A stretch of 64,000 nucleotides of DNA. It comes from Candidatus Hydrogenedentota bacterium (GTDB lineage Bacteria; Hydrogenedentota; Hydrogenedentia; Hydrogenedentales; SLHB01). The notes under the pieces were generated by a model. It was given only the letters and a program-made list of their open reading frames with translations, did not search any database and had not been told where the DNA came from. The position numbers and the translations under genes are program-made. The stretch covers positions 140,020 through 204,019 of the forward strand of contig BTVY01000003.1 of assembly GCA_045863335.1 (NCBI GenBank), read 5' to 3'. Of this stretch, positions 61,237 through 64,000 are shown in pieces (position 1 is the stretch's first letter; every line of letters starts with the position of its first letter).

Positions 61237-61332
61237 AGTGGGAGGTCCGTTTGGGTCCGCGATTCTTGTTGACGCCAACAGCGCATCGGCCTACCATGAA
61301 AGCGGCAAGACCGCCAACGGGGGAGACGTACA

Positions 61333-61848
61333 ATGAACCCGGTAAGCTCGATAACAAACTCCGAAAATGTAGCGCAGGCGTCCCGCCTGCTTCTTCGCAA
61401 AACGCAGCGACCGGCACCAAAGAGCAGGCGAGACGCCTGCGCTACATTTGCCGTTCTACGGTCACGCGTATGCCTGAACGTGCTCTTGATCACCGCAACC
61501 CTTGGCGCCGCGGCGTTGCTCGCCGGTTGCCCGCCGGTCGAGGAACCGCACATCATTCTCGGCACGTGGGACTACATCGAGGATGCGCTCGATGGTTACG
61601 TGCGCTGGGAGATCAAGCCCAACGGCACGATTGAACAGACCGACCTCGGTCACGGTATCCTCGCCGGGAACCTCACCTGGGTATTGACCGGACCTAACGA
61701 CATCCGCATCAGCCAGGACAATGGCGTCAACCAGTGGCTCCTCGAAGGCACCATCTACTCCGAGGACTACATGGCCGGCACCTGGATGCAAGTCGCTGGC
61801 GCCGACACCGGCACGCACGGAACCTGGACCGCGAATCGGTTTCCATAG
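61333..61848 (+). CDS. Small beta-rich lipoprotein
   Basis: GGGAG RBS, lipobox LLAGC, ILGTWDY...GTW motifs. Start uncertain. Confidence 0.7.
   Translation: MNPVSSITNSENVAQASRLLLRKTQRPAPKSRRDACATFAVLRSRVCLNVLLITATLGAAALLAGCPPVEEPHIILGTWDYIEDALDGYVRWEIKPNGTIEQTDLGHGILAGNLTWVLTGPNDIRISQDNGVNQWLLEGTIYSEDYMAGTWMQVAGADTGTHGTWTANRFP
61368..61446. repeat. GTAG REP doublet inside the lipoprotein ORF
   Basis: TGTAGCGCAGGCGTCCCGCCTGC ... GCAGGCGAGACGCCTGCGCTACA. Confidence 0.88.
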
Positions 61849-61901
61849 AGACACAGATCCATCCGCGGACAACTTGCCATGAAGAAATGGGGAGGGGGTC
61901 C

Positions 61902-63188
61902 ATGATTATGCTGTTCCGAGTATTTTGTCCTCTGGCCTTTGTGATCCTGGCAGGGGAGGATACCGCCCCTCCAGTCGATGAAGCCCTCTCGGCGCATTGT
62001 CTGACCAAAGACAAGAAGGTCATTCCCCTCTATTCGAAGTGCGGCCAGTTCTGGACAACGAACGTCAAGATTCCGGACATCGTTCTGACAAACCGGGGCT
62101 CGAGTCCGGTGACGCTGGCCGAAGTGGAGGTCGTGGGGATGGCCGAGGGCCGGCAAGTGGCGACGAACTCCCTCGCCGATGGTCTCGATGAAGTCGTCGG
62201 GCAGACGAACGCACAGTTTGCCCGGCGCCTCGGAAACGACACACTAGACGACGTGGCGGATCCCCACTTGGCAACCGGCTTCGGCACAATGGTATTTGAC
62301 GGCACGAAGCTCAGCAAAGACATCACCATTGACGCAGGCGAAAGCGCCGTTGTCCTGCTTTCTCGCTGTCTGTTCTTCACCTATATGGGCTTCGCCAAAG
62401 TGGATGACCTTCGAATCGCGCTCACCGTCCAAGATGGTGCGGACCGAAAGACCGTGACCTGTCCGGTCAATTTCACGCCGTACGAGACGAAGGGCGACTA
62501 CATCTTTCCGTTGAAAGGAGACCTGTGTGTTTCCAATCTCCCGATGAACCTGACGCAACACCGCATGGCGCTTTCCCAGGAATTTGCCTTCGATGTTATG
62601 GAGGCAGGTCCTATCGTGGATGGACATGGTCCTTTTCTTCGCAGCGAGGATGCGCAGAATCTAACCGACTATCCGATCTTCCATCGTGAGGTTCTGGCAG
62701 CCGGAGACGGTACTGTGGTGGACGTCGGCGCGGCTTTCCCGGAATCACTCATGAGCAACCCGGCGGAATTCTCCGAAGAAAGGTTCCGGGACTTGGGCAG
62801 GGATCTTATCGAGAAGATCGGGTATTTGAACTACCTCTCTGGCAACTACATCGTTATCGATCACGAAAATGGCGAGTTCAGTTTTTACAGTCACCTGAGC
62901 GAAAACAGCATCCGCGTGCAGCCGGGCGATCGCGTGGCGCAGGGGGACGTCATCGCGGCCGTAGGCAATACCGGCCATTCCAGCGAGCCCCACCTGCATT
63001 TTCAACTGATGGATTCCAGCGACTTCCTCACCGCAAACGGCCTCCCCGTCATGTTCACCGACGTGCCCCCGTCCGCGATCAACCAGAACTGCACCGCGTC
63101 CAACGCGCTCACCGGAACCGATTACGTCATCCTGCGGATCTCCGACGGCCGTACCGGGGCTACAGACTCCATTGATACTCTCAGATGA
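61902..63188 (+). CDS. M23 family metallopeptidase
   Basis: GGAGG RBS; H....Q.FAFD, GN.IVIDH, YSHL, GNTGHS..PHLHF. Confidence 0.9.
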   Translation: MIMLFRVFCPLAFVILAGEDTAPPVDEALSAHCLTKDKKVIPLYSKCGQFWTTNVKIPDIVLTNRGSSPVTLAEVEVVGMAEGRQVATNSLADGLDEVVGQTNAQFARRLGNDTLDDVADPHLATGFGTMVFDGTKLSKDITIDAGESAVVLLSRCLFFTYMGFAKVDDLRIALTVQDGADRKTVTCPVNFTPYETKGDYIFPLKGDLCVSNLPMNLTQHRMALSQEFAFDVMEAGPIVDGHGPFLRSEDAQNLTDYPIFHREVLAAGDGTVVDVGAAFPESLMSNPAEFSEERFRDLGRDLIEKIGYLNYLSGNYIVIDHENGEFSFYSHLSENSIRVQPGDRVAQGDVIAAVGNTGHSSEPHLHFQLMDSSDFLTANGLPVMFTDVPPSAINQNCTASNALTGTDYVILRISDGRTGATDSIDTLR

Positions 63189-63309
63189 AGTAGTTTAACC
63201 GTGTGGCATGATGCTGGAAGGCGTGACCCTCACTCGTGATCTTGCTCCGTGCCCTCGTGGTGAGAATTTCCTTAATCCGGAACTGCACTCCGGTCTCCGG
63301 TCTCCAGCT

Positions 63310-63717
63310 TCACGCCTTCTCCAGCTCCGGGTCGTCCAAATCCGTCTGGACCCAGCGGTCGGAGAGATGGATGTCCGTCGTGGTGAGGCGGCCGGGGCCG
63401 AGGTTGTGGAACTTGTGCGGGACGTTCGCGGGGCCGAGCAGGATGTCGCCGGCCTTCGCCTCGATCTTCCGGTCCCCGACGGTGAACAGCGCGTTGCCCT
63501 CGCGCACGACGAAGATTTCGTCGTAGGTGTGCACGTGCCACCGCGGCCCCACGCCGACGTCGTCCGTGGAATAGAAGAGGACCGTCACTTTCGACCCGAG
63601 GTCTTTTCCTTCGAAATAGCCGAACCCGCCCTCCGGCCGCGCCGCGACCTCCGGCCGGTGGATCAGGGCGGGTTTGCGGTCTTCTGTGTTCTGGTTCAAG
63701 GTCTCCTGCTCCTTCAT
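63310..63717 (-). CDS. Cupin domain protein
   Basis: GP.WHVHTYDEIF.V.EG, GD....PANVPHKF.N. Confidence 0.9.
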   Translation of the reverse strand: MKEQETLNQNTEDRKPALIHRPEVAARPEGGFGYFEGKDLGSKVTVLFYSTDDVGVGPRWHVHTYDEIFVVREGNALFTVGDRKIEAKAGDILLGPANVPHKFHNLGPGRLTTTDIHLSDRWVQTDLDDPELEKA

Positions 63718-63742
63718 GGTTGCAGTCGGTCAAGAGGTGTTT

Positions 63743-63884
63743 GTCCACCGATTACACAGATTTTCACCGATGAAGAGTTCCGCCGGATACGAATCAAGTA
63801 CCTGCTGGTGGTAGCCTCCACGGTGGAGCAACCCTGTCAGATCGGCCTCCTAAGAATCTGTGCGAATCGGTGTAATCTGTGGAC
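63743..63884. repeat. Nonamer-periodic inverted-repeat element, copy 2
   Basis: GTCCACCGATTACACAGATTTTCACCGAT ... AATCTGTGCGAATCGGTGTAATCTGTGGAC. Confidence 0.8.
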
Positions 63885-63932
63885 GAGGTATTGATATTGC
63901 CACAAAAGAGCGCAAAGAACACGATGGAAGAA

Positions 63933-64000
63933 GGCTGGAGACCGGAGGCTGGAGACCGGAGGCTGGAGACCGGAGGCTGGAGACCGGAGGCTGGAGACCG
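63933..64000. repeat. Tandem repeat (GGCTGGAGACCGGA)n, runs off the window
   Basis: Four full 14-bp units plus a 12-bp partial; inverted short partner at 63288-63310. Confidence 0.95.

Noticed and set aside
63933-64000. CRISPR array
   Set aside because: Head-to-tail 14-bp units with no spacers and no cas genes.

Overview
GC-rich bacterial window. Candidatus Hydrogenedentota is a tentative guess from secreted-protein motifs. Housekeeping and envelope genes: M28 and C26 peptidases, a three-gene RND operon, tpiA-secG-murA-hisD-hisC, ppdK, a type IV pilin, tRNA-Arg(UCU), a glycan cluster (ugd, gmd/rmd, rmlC, GDP-heptose genes, sulfotransferase, flippase-sulfatase-like fusion), a DRG-like GTPase, a PQQ dehydrogenase, and M48/M50/M23 peptidases. 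These are interspersed with many palindromic repeat families. The best candidate for a new system is at 10168-12492. A REP-associated HUH tyrosine transposase (RAYT) is bracketed by two inverted hairpins, with a sigma70-like promoter pointing through one hairpin into captured cargo (a secreted beta-propeller gene plus a truncated gene). The whole 2.24-kb block lies between two exact 42-bp copies of the RND gene 3' end. This looks like one-ended, gene-capturing HUH transposition. Also notable: a pseudo-Hsp70-TIR-membrane anchor protein after the tRNA, a synonymous C/G skew flanking insertion hotspots, an unannotated 33-aa peptide, and a REP doublet read in frame in a lipoprotein leader. All calls are by eye; no searches were run.
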